A stretch of DNA of 58,289 nucleotides from assembly GCA_000934665.2 (NCBI GenBank), contig JYFJ02002368.1, positions 1-58,289 on the forward strand, given 5' to 3'. Within the stretch, counting starts at the first letter, position 1. Each line of letters starts with the position of its first letter. The notes below the pieces were generated by a model. The model worked only from the letters and a program-made list of their open reading frames with translations. It was not told the origin of the DNA and made no database searches. Below are positions 27,501 through 39,171 of this stretch, piece by piece. A program made the translations under genes and the position numbers. This DNA comes from Catajapyx aquilonaris. Its lineage: Eukaryota.

Positions 27501-30500
27501 AATGTGATTTTCGACCCTGTTTCATAATATTAGGCTGTTTCTCGATATTAGTTGGTCTGTATATTAGTTACGGACCCCAAGCACTGCTCCGAAAGTAAAA
27601 GCAGCAGCAAACAGCAGAGTCGTTGAATGCATCACGATAGCCCGTAATTAACGTAAATTAAGGCGAACACGATAGCGGGCCGTCAATAGGACCTGCTTGT
27701 AAATCATGCAGAGGGGGTTGCAAAGGCAGCGAATTCCCCGATAGCAGACACGCTCGAGGCCCCTATGAGCAAGGGCAGAGTCCAGTTTTTTTTTTTTAAT
27801 GTACACTTTTTTTTTGTATACAATAATGGCGGCCGTTCGTTGGTTGGAATAAGTAAAGGCTGTGTGGGGATGAAGAGGCGCCACGTAGACTCCCAACGTG
27901 GATTGGGTATATCCATGGCCATTGCATATAGCCCAACCCCTGGCGTTGCATGTCCCCACCTGGATTATATACACCACAAAAAGGTGGGGACTCCGCCTAT
28001 GCAGCTAAGGCCTTTCTTGGAAAAACGGTTCTTTAATCAAACATGGCCGATGTTATTAGTCACCGATCGGGATGCTTATTATTTTAGGCTTGGGGGTTTT
28101 TCAATAGTGTACGTTGCCTGCTGCTTTTGTGGCCTGCAATATAACTTTGGATGGGGAGGGTTTATCGATTTGACTGCCCGGTGGAGTAATATAAGCTTAA
28201 TAATGGCATTAGGTTATATTTTCATAATGGACTAGGTGGCTATAAAGTGGCACCTTGTATTAGGACGGGTTGACAGTATGGGGGACATAATGAAGTGTAA
28301 ATAAGGCGGGTTACAAAATGGGTTACGTAATTCTGCAAAATGTATTTTTCCTTGTTTGTGTTTTTTTGTGAGTCGGAATATATTCAGCGTTTGCACAAAA
28401 ACAACAGGACCCTAGTTTTTCGGGTTATGTAATTCAATAATCTGGTATTCAGTGACAGTCGGCGTAAACAACTGCTTGTAACTTTATGGGGCTAATATAG
28501 TAATAAAAATCGCGGTGGCAAGTGTTGTGAAGAAGCGTACACTGACTCACCCTGTAGCAAATTCGCCTAAAATTATGCCTGATTTTGACTTCTTTTTTAA
28601 ATTCAAGACTTATGCTTACTAAATAAATGGCAGCTGCTAGTTTGGAAGAATAAAACGCACCATTGTCACTTGCCACTGTTTCCAATTAGAAAAGAGGAGA
28701 AATGGTAGTCCCCCCTCTTCTCTCCCCCATCTTGATGTACAGAAGAGCAAAGAATCTCTGCTTGTTCGAGGTGTCCCAAGCGGGCCTTCCCATCCCATTG
28801 GCCACAGCTACAGAAAATGGATGACCAGCTTTCCGGATATATCTACAAAAAAGAAGAAGAAAATAAATGAAGAGCTGAGATGAGAAAATTATTGGGCAAA
28901 CATTCCCTTGCGAATCAGACCAATTATCCCTATTTCCAGGTTCATTTGTGCCCAATTTTTTTGTGCGAATTTGCGAGTTATGTAGTGCGAATCCTGCGCA
29001 TGCGACGATCATAAAAGATGGTTTTTAAAGCGGCATGTAACAATTTTTACCACGGTCGTGTTTGCTAACTGAGTGCCCATAACTCGAGGTGGCCGGTTTT
29101 CTCGGCTTGTGGTTTTCAAGACTTGGATGGGGAAGGCTTATGATATATGGCGCGGTGGAGCGGAGGCCACTATACGCTTATTAATTTCAGACCTGTCCAC
29201 GGTTCCTTGCTTTTTATTCCAAGTCTGTGCAGCTTTTGTCGGGGAAATAGAGAAAAGAACCAACAGGTAGTTTTAGCACACCATGTACCAGCCATGCATG
29301 TTCCGCATATTGATTTGTCACGAACTATGACAAATCCATATTGTACTTATCAAATGCGACTTAACTGTTTGTTTGCAGGTGATCATATCTGTACTGGTGT
29401 AATTAGCCCTTAGGATTTCTTAGAAATCCTGAGGGCGCCAGAGGGTATATACTGTACCGTATAGGGTTTGGTCACTAGGGAAAATGGCCACTCTCGGTCC
29501 AATTTTTGGGAGGGCTTGAAATTGAAGCGTGAAGCCATCGGGGGTCGGTTGACAAGACGGGGATTGTTTCGGGATAAAAATTGAAGGGCTATATTTTATC
29601 AGGTTGTCTCTTTTCCGGTCCCCATTTGACCTTTCGCCCACCCAAATAAAATGTAATGCAGCTTTTGCGCATCGTAAATCACTTAGGATCAGACAATGTA
29701 CCGTACACTCTATAGTTTTTGGAAGAACTTGTTACTCTCAATAAGTTTGAGTCTGTACATATATGATCATAAACTTACATGCCGTATGTACAGTGGCGGC
29801 CAAGTGTGAAGAGATGAGTATCTTTATAGTCATTATTCTTTCTGCAAGAAGGAGTTCACGTAATTCTCGAAAAAAAGGTCCCTGGATCGGCTTTGTACTC
29901 GGCTGATTCCGTAAGCTACGGTGCTGTAAAACGTTTACAGCAAGGATAAATCAATCACGATAAGACAATTAAGCTTATCCTGTGAGCCCAGTAGATTCCC
30001 TGTACGGGACAGCACGTTTTTCAGAATTATTTACGGTACGACTCAGGTACCAAGAAACAAAGGAGTGATAATCAGCGAAATATTTAAAAATATATATATT
30101 TATAGTTTGAAGTGTGATTTTATAGTTGGGTTAATAGTGTATTGTATAGTAGTCAGCATGCGATGTGTGATGTGCCGGACAATAATATTGCTGGCTATAA
30201 GAGGTGCGAAACATGGGTATTGCATGTCTCATATGCCTTATGTGAGGATGACCTCGCATAAAATTAACTACTGCCGTGTTCTTTTAGAGATATAAAAATT
30301 CGCGCCGCTAATGAAACGGTCCTTATTGTTTATTTACAGGAAAGACCAGGACAAAGGACAAGTATCGTGTGGTGTACACAGACCATCAGCGATTGGAGTT
30401 GGAGAAGGAATTTCATTACAGCCGATACATCACAATCCGAAGGAAATCTGAACTGGCAGCCATGTTGGGCCTCTCTGAGAGACAGGTAAGAAGTTATTCC

Positions 30501-30858
30501 GCAGTGACTTGCGTAATTAGTGACTCATTTGGGAACGTGGAGAGTAATTGTTGTAATATAACAATTTTCCTTGTTTGGCAACAGACTTCTCACAGATTTC
30601 ATAAGCATATTTTATAGCGCAATTATTTTGTTGACCATCATTCTAACACATGTCTGTTCCAATTTTTTTTTGCAGGTGAAGATCTGGTTCCAGAACCGTC
30701 GAGCGAAGGAGCGCAAACAGACAAAGAAACGCGAGGAGCTTCTCCAGAAGGAGAAGATTGAAGCCGTGACGAAAATGCAGGCCGTAGCCGTAGCGCATGC
30801 CGCAGCCGCAGCCGCAGCCGCAGCCCAACACAACGGACTCGTGCACAAAATGGAGTAG
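12558..30858 (+). CDS. cad: Caudal/Cdx ParaHox homeodomain transcription factor, 3 coding exons (12558-13551, 30340-30485, 30676-30858), 440 aa
   Basis: Exon 1 starts [11 protein letters not shown], is Q/H/P/A-rich and ends [19 protein letters not shown] (hexapeptide), donor G|gtagat. Exon 2 (tttacag|) completes [49 protein letters not shown], donor gtaaga. Exon 3 (ttgcag|) reads [15 protein letters not shown]...HKME*. Phases are consistent (994+146+183=1323 nt). The homeodomain is diagnostic for Cdx. Confidence 0.97.
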
Positions 30859-33077
30859 TGTCCGGCCATTGTTGCACACACACACACCCCCTCACCAACC
30901 ACCACATGCCTTGTATAACCAGCACCCAGTGTCGTACTCAGGTACGCAATACCCCTTGGAGGAGCAGTGCCATAAACTGATTACCCCGGTGACGGTATAC
31001 ATAAACTGGCGGACATATACCTCACTTCGCTGGATTGGCTGTGTCCTCCTAATTCTGCTCATTTCGCATGTGAATCAGTGCTACGGTGTCCGGTTTTTTG
31101 AGACGTACCGACCGAATAGTGTGTATTTTTTAGTCGTTATTCGTGCACTTCTTCCCTTGACCATTTTTAAATCATTTCTCTCCGGTTACACCTGGGCCAA
31201 TGTTGGGGATGCATGACGGGAGACAAAGAGGACAGAAAGTGAATCATCTTGTGTCTCTGAGGACAGACGATGCTCGATGTGACATCTCATTGGGGTTGAA
31301 CCCCAGAGACAAATCAGGGGGCTGTTGCAGCATCACCAAACACCACTGCCTAATGGACGTCTGGGGACACATTTTAACCCAGTTTTCGGTTCAGGAAGGG
31401 GACAAGTGACAAAACGCCTGCGTGTCATCTCCGGGGATGAATTTTCCTAGCTCGGTACATTAATATTTCAAAAAAAGCGCGACACTGTTATCAAAGCAGC
31501 ATAATTTATTTAGAAAAAAAATTCGGCTTAGAAGAAATGAATATTTGCTAACGTCAGTCGCGTTGGGTGATAACGCGTGATATATATGCGTCAGTACTTT
31601 ACAATTTTTATCAGTATGTCAGTACACTTGGATCCCATGGGATGGGTGGGGTCTAATTTATTCTGTAGATCCGATGCCTCATTAGCTCTGTTTTTTTGAC
31701 TTAAATTCGCAACGGAATTAGCGAGATTTCCACCGGGACGCAGGTTTTAGGATTTATCTCTTACCTGATGATTAATTCAACTGGTCCCCGAATTTAATTA
31801 CTGTTGCGTGCAGATTGGTGTTTTTTTTTGGTATTCTGGTGCTGGGTCTATCTTTTTAACGAGACCTGTTCATAATGGCATTCCCCATTTTGGCTCAGGT
31901 GTGGCCCGGCTGTCCCCCCCAAGGTTCGTGTGTTGCTGACCTCTCTTTTCTATAGTGTTCAGCCTCAGAATAGTACTGACCTCACAATGGAGCTAGTGTC
32001 AACAATGGACTTGTGATGTCAGTACTATAATCGATGTCTGAATAGGATGTGTGTGTCTATCATATCTCCTCTGTGCAAGTCAAGGGAGGCGATCTCAGAG
32101 CACGGGATATTTCCTATATCCTTTTTATATAGTCTACTGTGGACTATTATTCACGTGTGGCTACATAACACTTGTCACCGCACTGCATCACGTGCCTTGG
32201 ACCTATTTCACTATTGATGTTACATAATGTATAATGCGTGTTTTCTCATTTTTGAACGCATCGAAAAAATAATAATAATGTCCATTAGTTGTATTGTTGT
32301 GTTTGAAATTGTTTTGTGCGGTGGGGTGAGGGGGACCATGTAGCTTTTGTATATGATTAGTTTGTAATTTTTTTTTTTTAGAGTGTTAGTATCCGCTTTT
32401 TTGGTCGTTGCTCTCTTTGGGACGGATGTCCTGTACTTCTGTTCTGCGGGTACGCTGTACAGATATTTTGAATTTTTTTGGAGGAAGGAGCTCGAAGTAG
32501 GAGGAGGAGGAGGAGGGGGGGGGATATATATACAGTATTTGTTTTGGAGGCAAGTCTGGTGTTGATTCTGGCCTGGATTTGTGCTGGCGAAGGAGGCGCC
32601 CAGCTATAAAGGAGATCTGTCCTGTACAGTTTCTGAATTCCAGTACAAACTCATAGGCCTACCTAGTACCTACCCTGTTGAGTGTGGAATTTCTATTTTG
32701 TCACCGGCCATTAGCGTCGCATACCATTTCAAAAACAAAAAAAAGTATATGCAAATTATATACGTATACGGACTTCCCCAGCATCGGATGACTTCAATGT
32801 ACGGCACAGACTCGTAGTGTTTGCAACAAAAAAATAATAATAAACTCAGTGATTGTGAATATTGATTCAATACATTCCATCTTCTCTCTGTAGGTAGGCC
32901 TTTTTATTCACTCTTTTTCCTATATGGTTGTTACAATATTATGATCTGTGTAACTTAGATCGTAGTGTATAACATGCATGCGGCAAATTTTTTTGTTTGT
33001 TGACGACACGTAATAATATTATGTAGCTCACGACTTGTACAAAGTGTAATACAACATTGTGTCTGGATGACATGAAG

Positions 33078-33083
33078 AATAAA
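33078..33083 (+). terminator. Likely caudal polyadenylation signal (3'UTR ~30859-33100)
   Basis: AATAAA followed ~20 nt later by a GT/T-rich tract (ttttcgtattgtgtttttttc). An alternative AATAAA lies near 32839. Confidence 0.55.
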
Positions 33084-35638
33084 TTTAAAGACATACAGCT
33101 TTTCGTATTGTGTTTTTTTCTACTGAATTGTCATTTTCAGTTGATATCATTTTCCCAGCAGTATAACGGTTGTCGTGACAGAGCGTGACATGAGACCCAG
33201 CAGTTATTCATTCCCCCAACGAAATATGGCCTCTCCCAATGGGATCTCAACCACGACATAGTCAAATGATTCCCTAGACTTTTGCTCAACTTTCTGTCTG
33301 CGAAACTGGAGCCGACTGGAGGTACAGGATGCGTCATAAAATGCAGTTGCCATTGCAGTTGTGTGTGTAAAGCGGTTGTTTAGAGAGTGGGCAAAAGTCT
33401 GTTCTGGGCCGGGTTTCCTGTCGTGTGTCGACCGTTGCCAAGCCACAAGCCCCTGGGGATGCGTTTTGGGAATGTTCTGTAGGCCGTAAATGAGCCAGTT
33501 GGTTGGAGGGGGGGTTGCTAGGGAGGACACACAAGACAACAGCTAGGGGGGACGGCTACTGGTGAAAGTCGACAATTTCACGCCGGCGGTCAAACCCCGC
33601 CGCGTGTGGTGGCAACATCAGCAGGAAGCAGAAGAAACGAAAGAAACAGAAGGGGGGGAAAAAAAGTTGCTTCTGGGCCGATGAACTTGGACGAACTTGC
33701 TTTTGTTGCTGCTCGAGCCAACAGGTAAGTACTGTACAAAAATATGCTGATGCCACACGATAATTCCGTCAATGAATTAAAGCTGTGACTCATTGGTGCC
33801 TCAATTAACAATAAGGTCTAAGCAATCTTCTCCCGGAGGTCACCTCTTTTTTAAACCAGGTCAGCCATCAGTATATTTTACACATATCCGTACAATATTG
33901 TACTAATAAAATGTTCCTTTCGATCAATTTGGTACCCCCTAAGGTACGTGAACCAATCGAACCGCCAATTACTTCACCTAATCTTTCACAATTCCGCGTC
34001 TAGGAAAGGACGGGAGTTATGACCAAAGCTATTTAGCTCAATAAATCGATCAAGAGTCAATATTTGATATTTTTTTTGTACCCTACCTTCTCCATACCAA
34101 TCCCCTTCGAGGCAAAAGAGTCATATAACCGATTGCATACCCGGTTGCTAAATTCCAATGACATAATACTTAAGGGGTCATCCAAAAAGAATATACTGTA
34201 TAGAGTATAGATATTGTAATATTTTTGCATATTAGAGGTTACATGGTGTCATGCTGGCTATAGATTGAAAAAAAATGTATTGCAAAAATTTATGCAATTT
34301 TTGTGAATTAGGAGGAGACACCTCGATTTCATTATTGTGGTCGCAATTATGACGCGTCATTTGGATTTTAAAACATATATATTTGAATATTTGCTGACTG
34401 AATGGGCTGAAAATATTTAAGCCGTTATTATATGACTTTATTACGACTTTGCAGCATAATGTTACGTTCATGCTGTACTAAAACGTCACGCTTCGCAGCA
34501 TGGGGGCTGCTATAATGCTTTATGACCAAACGTCCCTTAAATATGCTTCATGATGGTAATGCACCGTACACATCGTTTAGCACCAATGACGACATGAACT
34601 CCGGAGCGATTTAACTCCATTCTGAGCGTAATTGATCTGGCCATAAAGCCAATTGCACCTTACGACTGGGAGGGTACAGAATCTCCTTTTTCCACCAAAG
34701 TGAGAAGTGGCCATCATTTTGAGCCATAGGAAATGAACATGTCACTTTACTGCTACTGGAATTTTCTGTGCAGTATATAATATAAAAAAATATATCACAA
34801 GTTTCGCTTAGGCCTAGGAAGTGAAAGTCTCCCGATGCTTAGGATGGAATCTAGGACCTTTTTCTGGAGCAAGGACTGATTGATTGATTACCAATCGATC
34901 ATACCTTAGGGCACACTTCTGGCGGTGTATTTGAACCGTGCTTGGTACCATTTTTCAGTAATTCGGGAGCAAAAATTTTTCGGCCTTCATTTCAACCCCA
35001 ATCAAATGGCCTCCAGACGAAAATTAGTTTCGGTAACGAGGTTGTATACCGTAACATAAAACTAGAGAAAAACTCGGGTCTTAAGCCTGCCTTTCAAATT
35101 CCGTTTGTCACATAGGTTTTACAGCCGGGTGTTGCGTGGTTAGCTACCGAGCGACGCCATTTTTTTCAGTTGAAGTGTCCGAAGAAGAGGGCCTAGGTCC
35201 CTTTGTCCAGGACAGGAACAATGCTGCCCCCAAAAAGCTGCCCTGTGGCCAAGTGGAGGGCAATTGGGCCTGGGACGATGCTATCGGGAACGGCTATAAA
35301 CTCATGAGCGATGCAGCTCGACCCTCCCGAGAAAGAAAGAAAGAAAAAAAAAATCTTCAGCATCTCGGCTTCCATTTTATTGAACATGGCCGGCAGGATG
35401 GTTGTCACTACAAAAAAAAAAAACATGGGGCTTAAAAAATGTTGAAGGGCGTGGAAGAAACCAGGGTGAGGAATGTGCAAATGAAATGCATTCCACATAA
35501 GTAGTTCAGTGTTTTGAACTCTGTACTGACTACGTACTAAACAGCTCGAAGCTGTACCTGCGGCAGAATTTGAGTTACGGCGATTTTTTTAAAAAATGTA
35601 ACAAGAACAAAAAGTTAGAAAAATTCATTGTTGAAAAT

Positions 35639-35698
35639 TGTACTGTACTGACTATGTACTGGATTGTACTGACTGTGTACTGGACATGTACTGACTGT
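35639..35698 (+). repeat. Short tandem repeat of TGTACTG-based units
   Basis: tgtactgtactgactatgtactggattgtactgactgtgtactggacatgtactgactgt; a related unit lies at ~35521-35538. Confidence 0.75.
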
Positions 35699-36979
35699 GA
35701 GGAAACTGTTTCCATAGCACATTTAGCAGATGGTTTTTCACAAACAATGTCTTACACAGCCCACAGCGACCTCCAGGTGTAATATACAGCCAGATATAGC
35801 TATCTGTCGGCCTTCTTTAGCTTAAGGTGGCAAACAATCCTCAGGGAGTTTGCGGAATCGAGAAGACTATAACTAATCTCCAGGTTGACTCGAGGTGTTC
35901 AGCCACTGAGCGAAATATTGCCGCCGCATGTCCCAACGCCATAAATTAGTGCACCTTTGCGTTTCACAGGTGCGAATTCCTTGTCTAAGCCCCCCCCCCC
36001 GAAAAGGTCTTATCAAATGTATAGTTGCAACAGAAGAGTGCCGACAAAATATGACGTCATTTGATAGTTTCCGGTCCCATCTTTATTTGGCGACAACAAG
36101 AGTAGGGGGAATGGATCAGAAGCCGAAGAAAGGTATATATGTGTAAGATGGGGGGGGGGATGCGGGTATGTGACGTCACGTTCATAAATTTGGAGTGGGT
36201 CCCCATATAGCTGTCAGGCTAATGTCTTTATGGCCCCCCGCGTTTGGGCTGTCGGGAGAAGGAAAAAGGGGAGGGGGGAGGGGGGGGGAGATCCTTGCTA
36301 AAGGTCCGATTAAAATGGGGCAGAAGGAGAAGCAGCAGACATAGGCCTAATCGAGGAAAAGGCCTACCTTCGCTCCCACAGGGGGGAAAAAGACTAAGGA
36401 TCCCCCCCTTTTTCTTAGAGTTTTTATCGCCTACCCGCCATGTTATAGTGCTTGGGTTTTTTTGTGTGGAGTTTTTTATTTTATTTTAAGATTTTTTTTT
36501 GAGAAGGTGGTGATGGGGAGAAGACAAAGCCTGCATTTGGATTGAAAGGATGGACGCTTGTTATGGCGGTTGCAGCCTCAAGTTATGGTATTAGAGGCAG
36601 TTTATTTGGTAACAACCACGGATGGAATAATAATTGTTAATGTATGGTAATTTATAGCAGGTTGTAACTTGTTAATGTTGTATAATATGCGTTAAAGATC
36701 TATCACAGTACAGTGTAAAATATAACACTTATGTAGGCTGAAACAAGAAACTGTGGTCTGATAAGTATAATATTTCTGGAAACTCACCCTGTACAGGGTA
36801 AAAGTAATTTAGTATTTATTATTTTGATTCATTGGCTTATTCTTACTATTAGAAACTACTGCATCATATTTCAAAAATTGACAAAAGATAATGTACATTT
36901 GTTTTTCGCTTGACATTTCGTCCCAAAGAACATGGTGTTTCCTGGAGACAAGAGATTAGTCCTCTTTCTGGCACCACTA

Positions 36980-37217
36980 CACTCTTAACCATTTACCTTC
37001 TCTAGAGAGGGTAAGAAAGTGGCAATTTTTTTACCTTACATTGTAGGGTAAATATTCTTGGGTAAATTGATTCTAAGGTAAATTTTGCATGTATTACCTT
37101 AGAAAATAGAGGGTAAAAAGTGTCTCTTTTTTACCCTCTATTTTCTACATGCCAAATTTACCTTANCTACACTCTTAACCATTTACCCTCTCTAGAGAAG
37201 GTAAATGGTTAAGAGTG
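36980..37217. mobile_element. TA-flanked MITE (same family as 3222-3269), containing an assembly N
   Basis: Termini CACTCTTAACCATTTACC / GGTAAATGGTTAAGAGTG with TA on both sides; internal TTACC/GGTAA sub-repeats; N at 37166 followed by a second left end. Confidence 0.7.
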
Positions 37218-37995
37218 TATCAACATGCCTGTACAGTACATTGCATAAAAACTCTCATGTAAGCATGTGTTTAATATGCAACACAACTCGCTTCAGAATA
37301 CTATATCTTTTTATACCAATGAGTAATTGCACATTGCGATTCAATTGGCTCTCTTACAGTTCGTCTTATCTTCTCAGCTCAGAAAAAGATCAGAAAACCC
37401 TGCATAATCCAAGCACAAATAACAGTGCGCAACCGGTATTAATTTTTTGATCAACTAAATAGCATATTATCTCGGTATGCCGCGCTTCCTGTAACATTCC
37501 TTGTAAGGACTGCAGACCTCGCTCACAAATTTTTTTTGTGTCCCCTTATTCGTTTGAGGCCGACTAAGTTTTATAACGCGTAATTATCGACATTTTCACT
37601 TATATAGTGGAGCGAAGTGAACGGATTTTTTTTTTGTACCTTTCTTCTCATTCGCCTTCCATTTTTTGTATTGTGAGTTGTTGCATATTAGTTATATTAT
37701 ATATTTTTGAATATTAGGCCTCCACTTGTCCAGATAGTTTGAATTATCCTGAAGTTAGGCACAGCTACTTTTCGAGGTCATCATTATTAGCTACATAAAA
37801 TAATAACAAATAACTCTAAAAAATAACATTATTATTTATTGTTTTATATTATTTCATGCCCGCTATTTTCATAGAGTATGTATGAAATTGGACTGAATTA
37901 TTATCATTATTGCACCATATTTCCTCTAGTTACGTCACAAAGATAAGGACCAGGCGATGACCCCTTTGCCCCTTTTGCTGGCCTCAGAATCCAAG

Positions 37996-39171
37996 ATGGC
38001 CATGGACATCTCCGTCGTGAACAAACTAGGCTACGAAGAATTCAACGCCACGTTCGGAAACGTGATCGAACACGGCCTACTCTGCACCGCTGCAATCTGG
38101 TCCCAACGTCCATTTCGCGATGTCCGCCATTTGCACCAAGAATACTGCAAGTTCATCGATGCCCTTCCTCAAATTGGTAAAAAACAAAAAAAAACTGCAT
38201 AATTTTTAAGTCCATTTTTTTTCTGGGGCGTTGACATAAGTTGATGGATGAGTAGGATGGAGAACTGGTTGTGGGGAGCATAAAAGAAGTGGTGGTGCTT
38301 TGAAGGGGGGGGGGGGGGGNGAGGTGAATCTTGATTGGTTGGGAGTCGGCTTGTGTTGGTTGGCGGTCTGGTCTTTTTGGCCCGGGGAAATTGGGAGGAG
38401 CCTGCTCACGGAATGAGTATTATTCCCCCCCATCCCCACCCCCCCACCCCACCTTGGGACCCCCTAGCTATAGATTGTTATCATACATGGGGACTAAAGC
38501 CAGCCTCCATGGTCAACACCAGGAAGACTGCACGCACCTGAGGGAAAAAGTTTTTTCCCCCTGATATTTTCTTGATTACAAACAATACAAACAATCACAA
38601 ACATTAATTATTCTGAGGTGTAAATAATTTAAAAAAAATCCCCGGTGTAAATAATTATTTTAAAAAAATCCCCCCGAAGATGAAAAAAGTTTGTCCTATT
38701 TGGTTACCATTTGGTTTGCCCAAATTTTTAATTATGGTTTTTTTTAAAGGAAAAGAGGGGATATTGAGGTCCCATCCTGATTTGGCGGGTCGTTTGGCTG
38801 AATTGGGTCAGCTTTCACCAGAGTCCACCAGAGAGCAGGAGGAAGCAGGAATCATCCGATTGACTCCACAGGAGCGCCATCTTATGAACACTCTTAACAA
38901 TCGGTCAATTTTATTATAATTTATTCTTAATTTTTTTTAAAAAAAGAGGCTATAATTTGATTTAATTTACAGGTACAAGGAGAAGTTCAATTTTCCGTTC
39001 GTGATTTGCGCTAGGAAGAACAAGAAGGAGGCGATTATGAAGGGATTGGAGGAGAGGCTGGGGAATGAATACTTCCAAGAGTCAGACATTGGGGTCAGGG
39101 AGGTCAAGGACATCTGCTACCTACGTCTTGCTGACATTATTGACGAGGTTCCTTTCCAACACAAGATGTAA
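37996..39171 (+). CDS. URAD: OHCU decarboxylase (URAD / PRHOXNB, ParaHox neighbour), 3 exons (37996-38176, 38750-38903, 38973-39171), 177 aa
   Basis: Spliced product MAMDISVVNKLGYEEFNATFGNVIEHGLLCTAAIWSQRPFRD...GKEGILRSHPDLAGRLAELGQLSPESTREQEEAG...NNRYKEKFNFPFVICARKNKK...EVKDICYLRLADIIDEVPFQHKM*. Matches recalled URAD motifs (FGNxxE, WSQRPF, HPDLAG with catalytic His, ESxREQ, FPFV, EVKxI..LRL). GT-AG introns in frame; AATAAA at 39184-39189. An upstream in-frame ATG exists at 37957. Confidence 0.95.
38617..38675 (+). repeat. Two-copy tandem duplication (~28 bp) in URAD intron 1
   Basis: GGTGTAAATAATT...AAAAAAATCCCC occurs twice in tandem. Confidence 0.7.

Noticed and set aside
2374..29953. 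Exd/Pbx-Hox composite sites TGATTTAY (e.g. 2374, 3160, 7898, 29673, 29946)
   Set aside because: About eight seen, close to rough chance expectation in AT-rich DNA.
33560..33730. Perfect donor CAG|GTAAGT at 33725 after a GC-rich stretch downstream of cad
   Set aside because: No matching acceptor or reading frame found; a non-coding exon cannot be supported without RNA data.
35639..35698. CRISPR-like array
   Set aside because: Short degenerate tandem repeat without unique spacers, in eukaryotic DNA.
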